From positions 64,001 to 128,000 of the forward strand of contig CAVSOU010000011.1 in the NCBI GenBank assembly GCA_963729625.1: 64,000 bases of DNA, written 5' to 3'. Shown piece by piece: positions 49,820 through 59,641 of the stretch. The position numbers were made by a program, and so were the translations under genes. A model generated the notes under the pieces. That model had not been told where the DNA came from. It did no database searches and was given only the letters and a program-made list of their open reading frames with translations. The DNA is from an uncultured bacterium. Its GTDB lineage: Bacteria; Chloroflexota; UBA5177; JANWHV01. Position 1 is the stretch's first letter. The number at the start of each line of letters is the position of its first letter.

Positions 49820-50913
49820 GCGCCTTCCGCCGCCTCTGGCATCTGCTGTGGAGGCAAATTACCTGGCGGCTTTTCGTTTCTTACCTGGTGGTTGGACTTG
49901 CGGCGATAGCCCTGCTTGGCTTGTTCATCCTCATCCTCGCGGAAAACTACTCGCACACGCATCCCGGCAGCTCTGGATTCCGGCTTGAGGTGTTGCAGGG
50001 CGTGGGGATCGCGGCTCTCGCTGCGATCGCGGCTTCTGCCGGTGCGAGCCTCTTCGTCTCGCGCCGAATTGTCGGGCCTCTGCGACTGCTGATGGATGCC
50101 AGCCAGCGCATCGCAGGCGGGCAGTACCACGAGCGAGTTCCGGTCGACGACGACTTCGAGATCACCCGGCTGGCGGCCAGCTTCAACCAGATGGCGCGGG
50201 CGCTTGAGTGCACCGAGGCGCTGCGGCAGGCGCTGATCGCCGACGTGGCACATGAGCTCCGCACGCCATTGACCACTATCAAGGGGTACATGGAAGCGCT
50301 GCTGGACGGCGTGATGCCACCCGGGAGCGAGACATTCGCGCTTGTGCACGACGAGGCGGACCGGCTTTACCACCTGGTGGAGGACCTCCAGGAGCTGTCG
50401 CGAATCGAGGCCGGGCAGGCGCCCATCGATCCGCATCCGGTCGACCTGGTCCCACTCATGCAAGGAATTGCCAGGCGCGTGCAGCCGCAGTTTGAGGCTA
50501 AGGGTGTACGGCTCGCCGTCCCAAGCGCCTGTGGCGCAGGACGGGTGCTGGGCGATGACGATCGTCTTTGTCAGATATTCCTCAACTTGCTCAGCAACGC
50601 CCTGCGCTACACTCCTCCCGGCGGCAGCGTGGAGGTGCGGGGCTACCGTGACCAGGACCAGGTCTGCGTGGTCGTGCAGGACTCAGGCATCGGTATCGCG
50701 CCCGAGCATCTCCAGCACATCTTCGACCGATTCTACAGGGCCGACAAGTCGCGATCCCGATCTCAGGGGGGCACAGGCATTGGGCTCACGATAGCCAAGC
50801 ACCTGGTGGATTTGCATGGGGGCGGAATAACGGTCAGCAGTGTGCCGGGCTCCGGCAGCACGTTCACCGTGTCGCTTCCTTCCGCGCCCGTGGCCGCAGA
50901 TGCCAAAGGTTAG
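49816..50913 (+). CDS. HAMP sensor histidine kinase (BaeS-like) with very short extracellular loop
   Basis: Two TM helices, HAMP, HELRTPL, NALRY and GTGIGL; GTGA overlap with the regulator. Confidence 0.95.
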   Translation: MSAFRRLWHLLWRQITWRLFVSYLVVGLAAIALLGLFILILAENYSHTHPGSSGFRLEVLQGVGIAALAAIAASAGASLFVSRRIVGPLRLLMDASQRIAGGQYHERVPVDDDFEITRLAASFNQMARALECTEALRQALIADVAHELRTPLTTIKGYMEALLDGVMPPGSETFALVHDEADRLYHLVEDLQELSRIEAGQAPIDPHPVDLVPLMQGIARRVQPQFEAKGVRLAVPSACGAGRVLGDDDRLCQIFLNLLSNALRYTPPGGSVEVRGYRDQDQVCVVVQDSGIGIAPEHLQHIFDRFYRADKSRSRSQGGTGIGLTIAKHLVDLHGGGITVSSVPGSGSTFTVSLPSAPVAADAKG

Positions 50914-50914
50914 C

Positions 50915-51073
50915 CTAACTTCCTGCCTCATGCGACGAGGATGCCCATCCGCGCTTTTCTACCAGGCGAAGGAGCTTGAGCGCCGCCCCGGTAGGCCGCT
51001 TCTGGCCGATCTTCCACTTTTGCACTGTGGAGACACTCGTATTGAGTAGCGCTGCGAACAGCACCTTCGACTG
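50915..51073 (-). pseudogene. C-terminal remnant of an XRE/HigA-type HTH antitoxin
   Basis: FAALLNTSVSTVQKWKIGQKRPTGAALKLLRLVEKRG; no start codon and no toxin gene. Confidence 0.75.
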
Positions 51074-51078
51074 GCGCG

Positions 51079-51690
51079 CTACACCTCGGCTCGTGACTGG
51101 AGTACAAACGCGATGAACGGCGGGAACACGAGCAACATCATCACCGGCAGCCATTCGAGCCAGTGACTGGCCGAAAAGCTGAACATCAGGATCACCGCAG
51201 CGAACGTGAGCAGGCAGAAGCCGGCGATGGGGAGGTTGGAGCGATCGCGCCTCCATAACGCCACCGGTGCGAGGAGCATCGCGGCCGCGAAAGCATTGAA
51301 GATCAGCCCGGCCCAGAAGTGATGTGGCGCGTAGTCGTTCTCCGGGAAGACCGCGTTCATGATCAGGCCGAGGCCGCTCACGGCTCCCAGTGTCTGGACG
51401 ATCACGAGAAGGCGCCGCTGGTTTTGTGTGCCGCTCTGCCGCCAGCGAGACAGGTTGAGGAAGAAGAATATCGCCAGCACGCCGGTGAGAGCGCAGCCGG
51501 TCAAGTAGAAGATCGCCCCGTGTGGATTGAGCGTGGAGTTCCCAAGCTGGCTCAGCGTGTTGTTGTACCACGGGCCGTACGGGCGGGGGAAGCGTGAAGC
51601 AGCCAGCACGGCGAACAACACGTAGGCTGCGGTCATACTCAACCCCAGCATCAGAGGGAGCCGGGCGCTGCTCCTGGTTCGCCGTGTCAT
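51079..51690 (-). CDS. DUF998-like membrane protein
   Basis: About six TM helices, NTLSQLG motif and conserved His; ATGA overlap with the acyltransferase. Confidence 0.75.
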   Translation of the reverse strand: MTRRTRSSARLPLMLGLSMTAAYVLFAVLAASRFPRPYGPWYNNTLSQLGNSTLNPHGAIFYLTGCALTGVLAIFFFLNLSRWRQSGTQNQRRLLVIVQTLGAVSGLGLIMNAVFPENDYAPHHFWAGLIFNAFAAAMLLAPVALWRRDRSNLPIAGFCLLTFAAVILMFSFSASHWLEWLPVMMLLVFPPFIAFVLQSRAEV

Positions 51691-52892
51691 AGGATGCTGC
51701 CGATGCCCGGCAGCTTGACGAGGTAGTAGGCGAGCGTGAACGAGGCGGCGATGCCTAGCGGTGCTACCAGCAGGAATTTCAGCTCGGAGGGCATAGCCGC
51801 CGCCCTGAGCGCCAGGGCCAGGCCCATCACCACCGGCGCCTGGATCACGTAGGCGGCGTAGTAACTGCGCGCGAGCGGCTTCCCCAGCGGCAGCACGGCA
51901 TGCACGTGGCGCCGGAAGAAGCCCAGCATCCACACCGAGCCGCAGACCGCCAGAGTGCCCTCCACGGCCGGGGCAAACAGCGCCTCCCAGTGCCAGCCCC
52001 CGCCATACAGCCCCGGATCGCTGGGCAGCACCTTATAATATACGGCCAGCACCATCACGCCGCCCGCCGCCGCGGCCACCAGCACCGCGTAGCCGCAGCC
52101 GCGCCACACTCTGTCGGTGAGCACGGGCCAGCCACGCTCGGCCGCCCAGGCCCCGGTCCAGAACAGCAGGACGTACTGCGGCCATTGCCACAGGTGCAAC
52201 CCGAGGAACTGGCTGCTATAGATCGGCCACTCCAGGCGGAACAGGAAAGAGAACACAGCGATCGCCGCGGCCAGCAGAATCATGGCGCGCGTGGTGACCG
52301 TCGCGGCCCCTCGAGGACGAGTGGGCCAGAGCCGGTCGTAGATCGCGTAGGCCACCGAAAACACCAGCAAGGCGCCTACAAACCAGAGCGGCCCGGCATC
52401 CAGTGGCCTGACCTGCTGCAAGGCACCGCTCCAGGGTGGCTCTGTCGTCTGCCCCATGGCGCGCACGACCGCATACTTGGTCAGCGGCATGATCACCAGG
52501 ACGTAGACGGCAAGCGGGATGCCCAGGCGGACAATCCTGTCCTGGGAGAATGCGCGCGGCCCCTTTTCCTGCAGCGACTTGGGCACGAACATCCCGGCGA
52601 TGAGAAAGAATACGCCCAGCCAGAACAGGCCGCCGAGCAGACCTGGAACGCCCAGGATCAGCGTCTCCACCACGCCGGGGTGCCCCTCGTGATAGGAGAG
52701 CCAGCCGCCTCCGGGACCGTAGATGAGCGTGGCGTGGCAAGCTATGACGCCGGCGGTGAGGACGATCTTCAGGTTGTCCAGGTAGACCAGGCGTTGTCTG
52801 ACAGCGGGCCGTGCGGGCGCCGCATAGTCCGCTGAGGTGGCGGCGCCCGTCTGGATTCCGGCGCCGGGGAGCGCACCAGGGACCACCGTCAT
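51687..52892 (-). CDS. Acyltransferase-3 family (OpgC/MdoC-like)
   Basis: LDNLK....VIACH, FFLIAG, DR..RLGIP and GPLWF; about ten TM helices. Confidence 0.9.
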   Translation of the reverse strand: MTVVPGALPGAGIQTGAATSADYAAPARPAVRQRLVYLDNLKIVLTAGVIACHATLIYGPGGGWLSYHEGHPGVVETLILGVPGLLGGLFWLGVFFLIAGMFVPKSLQEKGPRAFSQDRIVRLGIPLAVYVLVIMPLTKYAVVRAMGQTTEPPWSGALQQVRPLDAGPLWFVGALLVFSVAYAIYDRLWPTRPRGAATVTTRAMILLAAAIAVFSFLFRLEWPIYSSQFLGLHLWQWPQYVLLFWTGAWAAERGWPVLTDRVWRGCGYAVLVAAAAGGVMVLAVYYKVLPSDPGLYGGGWHWEALFAPAVEGTLAVCGSVWMLGFFRRHVHAVLPLGKPLARSYYAAYVIQAPVVMGLALALRAAAMPSELKFLLVAPLGIAASFTLAYYLVKLPGIGSIL

Positions 52893-52896
52893 CGCA

Positions 52897-55446
52897 TCAC
52901 CCTTCCTCTGTTAGCGACCGGAGCCCTGCCTGTAGGGATGCTTCGACGTCGAGGTAGGATCCGCCCGGCCGGCTGGCGATGGGCTGCCCGAACCGCACCG
53001 TGACCGTGCCTCGACGCGGGATGCGCCAGAAGGCACGTTTGCCATCCAGGCCCACGATGCGGGCCGGGACGACCGGTACCCCGAACTCGGCAGCCAGCAG
53101 CCCGATGCTAGTGTCGATGCTGACGCCCTGTTCACGTCGCGCCGGATCGTCCCGGAGCAGGAAGAGAATCGACCAACCGTGATCCAAGAGACCGGAGGCA
53201 TGGACAAGGGTCGCGTGCCGCGACCCGGACTGCGAGTAGCGGAACGAATTGAAGAAGAACGCCACGGCAGCAGCGATCCACTTGCTCGTGCGGTCTGTCT
53301 TCCAGCTGGTGGAGATGCCGATTCGCTCTCTGATCGGCGGCGGCATCGCCGCGAGCGCGAACGGTGCATCGAGCACGCTCCTATAATCCATGACGAAGAT
53401 CGCGGGCAACCGCAGTCCATCCAGGTGTTCTCGGCCGAAGACGTGTGGCCGCACCACGATGCGCTCGGCGGCGAAAACGGGCGCCTGCAGCAGCACGCGC
53501 AGTGAGCGGATGCGGTGGGAGAAGGGCCACAGCGGGTAGAGGTGCTCCCCACCGGGGTTCTCGGCGCAGAGCAGCGACTCCAGCTCCGCGACCGTCGTCT
53601 CGGGCCCGATCCGGGACTCGTCCATGAACTTGCCCAAGCGGTCCTCCACCGCCCTGCCGAGCTGGATCCGCCCCGCCGCTTCCAGCCCAATGTCTGCCAG
53701 TCTCGTATCCGGGGCGATCTGCTCGGCGGGCTTGCCCACCACGCCGGCCAGCACGTGAGTGAGGGTGGGCTTCGTCGAGGCTTGCAGGGTCTGTGGTGGG
53801 GTAGACACCTTCTCACCTCGCCGCCCTGCCAGGACGGCTTTTGCCACCTCCGCGCGCTTGATCTTGATCGTGTGCGTGCGCGGGAAGTCGGGGTCCGGCC
53901 AGAGCTCATAGGAGCGGATGTGCTGGTGCAGAGCAAGCCGCTCGTTCGCGGCACGCACGATGGCGCCAGGGTCGGGATGGTCTGGCTCGCACAGCAGGAC
54001 CACATGGATCTGCGGTCCGTGCGCCGAGGGCACGGCCATCACCACCGATTCCACCACGCCCGGCACCCGCCTCAGCGCGTCCTCGACGTCCTCGGGATAG
54101 ACGTTCAGCCCGTTCGCCAGCACGATCAGGTCCTTCTTGCGCCCCTTGAGGTAGAGCCGCCCCTCCGCGTCCATCTCGCCGAGGTCGCCGGTGTTGTACC
54201 AGCCATCTTCCAGCGCAGCGGCGGTAGCTTCGGGATTCTTCCAGTAGCCCTGCATCACGCTAGGCCCCCGCACCAGGATCTCGCCTTCAGCGGTCAACCG
54301 GACCTCTGTGCCCGGAATCGCCTTGCCGACGGAGCGGGGCTTTCGGTCGCCGAGCGAGGTCCCGGTGATGATCGGCGAGGTCTCGGTGGATCCGTAGCCC
54401 TGCAGAATGGCGATGCCCAGCAGCTCCCACTTGTGCTCCAGCTCCGGCTCCAGCGGCGCCCCGCCGGCCACCAGGAACTCGAGCCGTCCGCCGAAGCGCC
54501 GAATCACGCTGCGGAAGAGGAGCCTGCGGGCAGACATCGGCAGGTATCGCGCGACGCTGCAGGCCAGACTCCACGTCTTCTCCTTGCCCTCTTGGCGCAC
54601 CCCGCGCTCGATGGCTTCCATGAACATGCTGAGGACGCGCGGCACGAGGACCATGACGGTGACCCGGTATTCGGCCATGTCCCGCTGGATCGCCGCGGGC
54701 TGGATTGCCGTGGCATAGGCGATGGCCGCGCCGCCATGCAGCGCCAGGAGCAGGCAGCAGGTCTGCTCGAGCAGGTGGCTCAGTGGCAGGATGGACAGCG
54801 GCCGGAAGTGGGGGCCGCAGGGGACGATCAGGTTGACCGCCTCGACGTTCGAGCGCAGGTTGCCGTGGCTGAGCATCACGCCCTTCGGCGCCCCGGTGGT
54901 GCCGGAGGTGAAGACGATCTCGGCGAGGTCGTCCGGGACGATCACCGGCAGGGTCGCTGGGCCGCCCGCAGGCAGGAGATGGTGAAGATCGTCGATGGCG
55001 AACACCGGCACGTCGTAGCGCCACGCGCGGGCCACGCCAGTCGCGGCGATCGCCAGTCGCGGCTCCGACTGCCCGATGACGCGCTCCACGAAATCGGGGC
55101 TGCTGCGGGCGTCGAGCGGGACGAGGACGGAGCCGTTGCGCAGGATGCCGAAGAAGCAGGCTACCCACCACGGACTGTTGGGCGCCCATATGACTACTCG
55201 GTCGCCCTTGCCCACGCCCTGGTCTTGCAGCCAACGGGCGACGCGGTGCGCCGCCTCCCCCAGATCCCGGTAGGTCCAGGTCTCCGTCTTGAGACTGGTC
55301 TTGTACAGCAGCGCGGGCCGGGAGGAGTAGGTTGTGGTGATCCACTCCAGGAAAGCGGCCAGGGTCTGATCGGCCGCCATCGTCCGCGAAGTCTGCTGGA
55401 CCGGCGTGCCGCGCTCCCCCGTTGTGGGACTCTGCTGTGCGATCAT
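52897..55446 (-). CDS. Long-chain acyl-AMP/CoA ligase fused to degenerate ACP-like and PlsC-like domains
   Basis: FTSGTTGAPKG, GYGSTE, TGDLG, GRKKD and A10 Lys intact; GAAGGAGG RBS before MIAQQ. Confidence 0.9.
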   Translation of the reverse strand: MIAQQSPTTGERGTPVQQTSRTMAADQTLAAFLEWITTTYSSRPALLYKTSLKTETWTYRDLGEAAHRVARWLQDQGVGKGDRVVIWAPNSPWWVACFFGILRNGSVLVPLDARSSPDFVERVIGQSEPRLAIAATGVARAWRYDVPVFAIDDLHHLLPAGGPATLPVIVPDDLAEIVFTSGTTGAPKGVMLSHGNLRSNVEAVNLIVPCGPHFRPLSILPLSHLLEQTCCLLLALHGGAAIAYATAIQPAAIQRDMAEYRVTVMVLVPRVLSMFMEAIERGVRQEGKEKTWSLACSVARYLPMSARRLLFRSVIRRFGGRLEFLVAGGAPLEPELEHKWELLGIAILQGYGSTETSPIITGTSLGDRKPRSVGKAIPGTEVRLTAEGEILVRGPSVMQGYWKNPEATAAALEDGWYNTGDLGEMDAEGRLYLKGRKKDLIVLANGLNVYPEDVEDALRRVPGVVESVVMAVPSAHGPQIHVVLLCEPDHPDPGAIVRAANERLALHQHIRSYELWPDPDFPRTHTIKIKRAEVAKAVLAGRRGEKVSTPPQTLQASTKPTLTHVLAGVVGKPAEQIAPDTRLADIGLEAAGRIQLGRAVEDRLGKFMDESRIGPETTVAELESLLCAENPGGEHLYPLWPFSHRIRSLRVLLQAPVFAAERIVVRPHVFGREHLDGLRLPAIFVMDYRSVLDAPFALAAMPPPIRERIGISTSWKTDRTSKWIAAAVAFFFNSFRYSQSGSRHATLVHASGLLDHGWSILFLLRDDPARREQGVSIDTSIGLLAAEFGVPVVPARIVGLDGKRAFWRIPRRGTVTVRFGQPIASRPGGSYLDVEASLQAGLRSLTEEG

Positions 55447-55583
55447 GGGAGCCCCTCCTTCGTATCGAACTACCTCATCACGTCTGCTGACCATAGCGTG
55501 CCTGCGGCCACCAGCAGGGGCGGCGATCCGGCGGGGACTGGGCGAGTGGCTGCTCCCCTTCGGATCGCCGCCCCGCGTCTGCG

Positions 55584-56021
55584 CTACGGAGCAGGGTGTT
55601 GCGGGATTACCACGGCCAGGATCACCGGAAGCAGTACGAGGAGAGCGGTAAGGCCCACCGCCGCCAGGCCGCCGATGGCGCTCGCGATCTCGCCCCCCTC
55701 CTGCCACCGCGCCACTCGGCGGAGCGCCCGCTTGCACATCACCGCATAGAGGGCGACCGTTACGATAAGGCCCACGACGGCGATAGCCATCGAGATGTCC
55801 CGCCGTGCGAAAAAACCAAGCCCCGACGTCAGCTGCCATGCCAGGATGGTGAGTCCGGCGGTCGAGCCGCCAGTGAGCGCCAAGCCCAGCAGCGGGAGCA
55901 GACCTCTGGCTACGCCGCGACCTAGCGCGGCCCTGGTCGACGCGCGGCCGCCCGTGGAAGGTCGCGGCGTCACCGCGGGGACCGTTGACGCCGGCGACAT
56001 GGTGTGTCCGTTCGCGTTCAT
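55584..56021 (-). CDS. Small three-TM membrane protein
   Basis: Three hydrophobic helices; ATGA overlap with the hydrolase stop. Confidence 0.75.
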   Translation of the reverse strand: MNANGHTMSPASTVPAVTPRPSTGGRASTRAALGRGVARGLLPLLGLALTGGSTAGLTILAWQLTSGLGFFARRDISMAIAVVGLIVTVALYAVMCKRALRRVARWQEGGEIASAIGGLAAVGLTALLVLLPVILAVVIPQHPAP

Positions 56022-57070
56022 GCCTGCCCCCTTCCGGTGTCAGGCCCTAGGGCTCCATCGAAGAAGCCGATGACCCGGCGTACATACTCCTGCCCGGCGA
56101 CGTGAAAGGACTGGGCGTGCGTCGCCTCCGGCACGAGCCAGACCTGCACGGGCGACCCGGCCGCACGCGCGGCGGCCGCAAGGCGCAGCGTATTCGCCGT
56201 GGGCACATAGTCGTCCTTCAGGCCGTGGATGAAGAGGACAGGACGGGGCGCCAGGCGCGCGATGACGTCGATGGGCCGGGCGCTGTAGAAGTCCACGCCG
56301 AAGAGCACCCGTGCGGCGACGAGGATTCCCGGCGTGAAAGCCGCGGGCAGGCCCCCCTTCTTCGGCACCTCACGCTCCAGCAGCGGTGCCGCGTCCGCAT
56401 AGGGGCAATCGGCCACCACCGCCCGTATCGCAGGCTCCTGGGAGGCTGCCATGATCAGGGTGCTGGCCCCCATGGAGACGCCCCAGCCGCCGATGATGCG
56501 CGGCCGCCCGAGGGCCGGGTAGGGTAGCGGGCCGGTGCGCAGGAAGTCCACGGCGCCGAGTACGTCGCGCTGCTCATAGATGCCCATGGAGATCGGCGTG
56601 GCGGCCGACTGGCCCATCCCTTGCATATCGAAAGCCAGGACGGCGAAGCCGTGGCGCGCCAACTGAGCGCTCACGTCCAGCACGCCCGCGTCCCGGTCCT
56701 CGCGATTCGTTCGAAGGCCATGCACCACGATGATCGCGCGCTCTGCGGTCAGTGTCTTACCCGGGAGGACGGCGGGTATGAACCATCCCTGCAGGCGCAC
56801 GTGATCGCCGCGGCTCTCGAAGGTGACCGGGTGGTAATCCAATCCCAGGGTCGCGGGCGTGCGTGTAATCGGCTTCGGCGTCTCGTAGACCAGTCTACCG
56901 GCAGCGTACACCGAGATGCCGGCATAGGCCGTGGTAAGCACGCCAGACAACACCAGGAGCAGCGCGACCAGCCGGCGGACAAGGTAGAGGCGTCTAATGT
57001 TGCACCTGATATCTTTGCCGCTTTCTCGGCCCTCAGATGCGCCGAGTATGAAAAACCGGCGCACAACCAA
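56018..57070 (-). CDS. Membrane-anchored alpha/beta hydrolase (start uncertain)
   Basis: N-terminal TM helix, HG oxyanion, GVSMG nucleophile, DDYV and TH. Confidence 0.9.
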   Translation of the reverse strand: MVVRRFFILGASEGRESGKDIRCNIRRLYLVRRLVALLLVLSGVLTTAYAGISVYAAGRLVYETPKPITRTPATLGLDYHPVTFESRGDHVRLQGWFIPAVLPGKTLTAERAIIVVHGLRTNREDRDAGVLDVSAQLARHGFAVLAFDMQGMGQSAATPISMGIYEQRDVLGAVDFLRTGPLPYPALGRPRIIGGWGVSMGASTLIMAASQEPAIRAVVADCPYADAAPLLEREVPKKGGLPAAFTPGILVAARVLFGVDFYSARPIDVIARLAPRPVLFIHGLKDDYVPTANTLRLAAAARAAGSPVQVWLVPEATHAQSFHVAGQEYVRRVIGFFDGALGPDTGRGQA

Positions 57071-57216
57071 ACGGTCGTGGCCGGTTTCACCAGTCGCTCG
57101 CTGCAGTCCATGGTGGCCAGGTCGGGGCCAGGCGTCAGAAGTAGGGGAGTGGCATGTTCACTCTCGGCTCTTGAGGCGTGGTACCCTTTCTACGGCTGCA
57201 GGTCGTCGCATCCATG

Positions 57217-57244
57217 ACAATACAATCATACGGCCTGGTGTCAA
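57217..57244 (-). promoter_or_regulatory. Putative sigma70 promoter of the hydrolase-ligase operon
   Basis: Minus strand TTGACA-16 nt-TATTGT. Confidence 0.55.
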
Positions 57245-57391
57245 GGGCATTGGACTCTTATATCCTCTTGCTCGCGCTCGGCCTCGTCACGCTGCGGCGA
57301 CAGGAAGCCCGGGTCAGAACCGCGGATCTGCAGCAACCCAATGCCCGTGGCACATGACGAGATAATGAGCACAGGGGAGGGTTGGCCAACC

Positions 57392-58684
57392 GTGACCGAT
57401 ACGCGGCAAGGCGGCTCTGCGGACTCAGTCTGGACGCCGCCGCTGCCCGACGCGCTGCGCCTGCGCCGGTACGTGCAGCCACGAAGGGGCGCACCGCAGA
57501 AGAGGCGTTCGAAGCGCCGGCTGTGGCTGGTCGCGGTGTCCGGAGTCTTGCTGGCCTACATTCTGCTGCTGCTGACCGCGCTCGGCGTGCGGCAGCTGCT
57601 CGCCCAGCAGGCGCGGCAGCAGCATGTTCTTGGTTCCGGTCAGGTTGGGTCTCCGGACGGTGGCTGGATGCGAAGCTGGATGCTTGGCCAGTTCACATTC
57701 GCACCGGCAGGCCGCCTCAAGCCGGCAGCGGCCCCCACCGAAACCGCGAGCTGGTCGCCGGACGGGCTCTGGCTCGCCACCGGGTCGGGCGATGGCACGA
57801 TCGCTGTTTGGCGCGCGCGCGATGGTCGATTGCGGTGGGCAGTACGTCCATTCAGTGGTCGTGTGAGCTCGTTGACGTGGTCCACGGATGGGAATCAGCT
57901 GGTGGCCGGTATTGCCGGTGCGGTGGTGGTGTGGCTTGATGTGCATGCGGCTCACGTGGTGACGCTGCTACCCGCTGCGCGCTTCGTGGCGCCCAGCGCG
58001 GCGTTCGCGCCCCATGGCAACCGGCTCGCGATTGCCTCGGGTCGCGGCGACGTGCAACTTTGGGCGGCAATCGGCACGCAGCAGCCCCACTTTCTGCGCA
58101 GCCTGAGTACCGGCACGGCAACGACGACCCTGGGCTGGTCGCCGGACGGCCGTTCGCTGGCGGTGGGCGCCATGAGTGGCGCGCTTCAGATTTGGAACGT
58201 AGAGACGGGTCGCATCGTACGCCGGCTGCCCGCGGGGCAGCACGGCCCCCTCTGGTCGCTGCAATGGTCACCCCTGCCCTTGCAGCTCGCACTTGGCTGG
58301 GCGGATGGCGACGTGGAGATCTTTTCGGGACCGGGCCTGGTCCCAGCGCGACGGTTTCAGGCCGGAGGTGCCGTCAATACCCTGGCCTGGTCGGCCGACG
58401 GCTCACTTCTGGCAGTCACGGCGGTCGGCATGCCGATCTGGCTGTGGGACGTGCGGAGCGGTGCGCTCATCGGACATGTCTCCACGGGCTGGGACACCAA
58501 CCAGGTCGCCTGGTCGCCGGACGGGAAGACGCTTGCAGTCGGCACCGACGGGCATGATCTGCGCCTGTGGCATGTCCAGCCGCCGGCTGCCGGCCTCGGC
58601 CACCAGGTCTGTCTTCTGATGCCGGGAGCCTGCGCGGGCCTGGCCGGACAGCCTGCCAGCGTGCCCAGCTACATGGGGCGCTGA
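57392..58684 (+). CDS. Membrane-anchored WD40 repeat protein
   Basis: GGGGAGG RBS and GTG start; single TM helix; about seven WSPDG..LA.G..DG....W repeats. Confidence 0.88.
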   Translation: MTDTRQGGSADSVWTPPLPDALRLRRYVQPRRGAPQKRRSKRRLWLVAVSGVLLAYILLLLTALGVRQLLAQQARQQHVLGSGQVGSPDGGWMRSWMLGQFTFAPAGRLKPAAAPTETASWSPDGLWLATGSGDGTIAVWRARDGRLRWAVRPFSGRVSSLTWSTDGNQLVAGIAGAVVVWLDVHAAHVVTLLPAARFVAPSAAFAPHGNRLAIASGRGDVQLWAAIGTQQPHFLRSLSTGTATTTLGWSPDGRSLAVGAMSGALQIWNVETGRIVRRLPAGQHGPLWSLQWSPLPLQLALGWADGDVEIFSGPGLVPARRFQAGGAVNTLAWSADGSLLAVTAVGMPIWLWDVRSGALIGHVSTGWDTNQVAWSPDGKTLAVGTDGHDLRLWHVQPPAAGLGHQVCLLMPGACAGLAGQPASVPSYMGR

Positions 58685-58974
58685 CCGATCGCGATGCCGC
58701 GCGGTCTCCCTGTACGAGGCGAATCGACAGCCTCACCGGCCTGACCGGGACGCCTCCTGGAGTCTATGGACCACCTGTCGTATTCCTGGCTGGTCGTCGC
58801 GTAGAATGCGATCACCGACACGGCAGCGTGCGCCACGTGCAGGGGCCGTGAGCCAATAAGCGTTAACGCTACCAGCAGCAAGGCCAGGAAACGCCATGGG
58901 ACGAACGATCCTCTGGACGCACGCACGATTCTCGTCTCGTCGCTTGCCGTCTGTTCACTGCCGTGCTTTGCCAT
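58669..58974 (-). pseudogene. Possible truncated secreted protein (signal peptide only)
   Basis: WRFLALLLVALTLIG...AHA signal-like segment followed by a short non-conserved tail. Confidence 0.3.
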
Positions 58975-59641
58975 CTACCCGTGCCGCGTTGCAGGCTCCT
59001 GCGTTCCGCCTTCCCGAGAGGATGGCGCCTTACGAAAGCACGCCCTCTCGCCTCACCGGGCATCGTCGAGCCGTAAATGGCAACTGCGGTGGCTCGCCGG
59101 AAGTCGGAGCCTGCCCTTCTCTCCAGCGTACCTGAGCCGGCGCAGCTGGAAGCAGCGGGCTCGAGCAGGCCGCGCTTGTGGCGGCTAGGACCGGCTGACC
59201 CCGACATGAGAGTACTGTGGCACTCTGCCGAACTGGGTACACGGTTGGGCTACAACTGCCATAGTGCCAGCATTGCGATGTCAACGACGATAGGATAGTA
59301 TCTGATCAGAAAGCGATGCCCGTGGGGCACGCGCATTGTTCATTGGAGGCAGCGAAGAATCGGCGAAACTCGTCCCGCGGCCGACAACGCAGCAGCGGTT
59401 GTGTTTCGCTCCGAACCAAGCCTGTCTGTTCACTTGTAGGACGAGCATCACACTACACGGATTTTGGGCGGCTGACAATCACCCAGTGGGCGCCCAGTTG
59501 GGGGAAGGGCTCGACAAATCCAGCGAAGCAGGCATGCTAGAAATGGGTGAGTCGGCGTACTGCCTGGTACGGTAGACGGCCAATCGGCATAGTGTGGTTG
59601 CGGTTCGATTTCTCGGCCGTGTACGGGAGGACGTTCAGTCT

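Noticed and set aside
52897-55446. NRPS/PKS biosynthetic cluster
   Set aside because: No condensation or ketosynthase domain, and the carrier Ser is absent.
58980-59590. 600 bp gap with short ORFs (also 62000-62560)
   Set aside because: No supportable gene, repeat or RNA structure found by eye.
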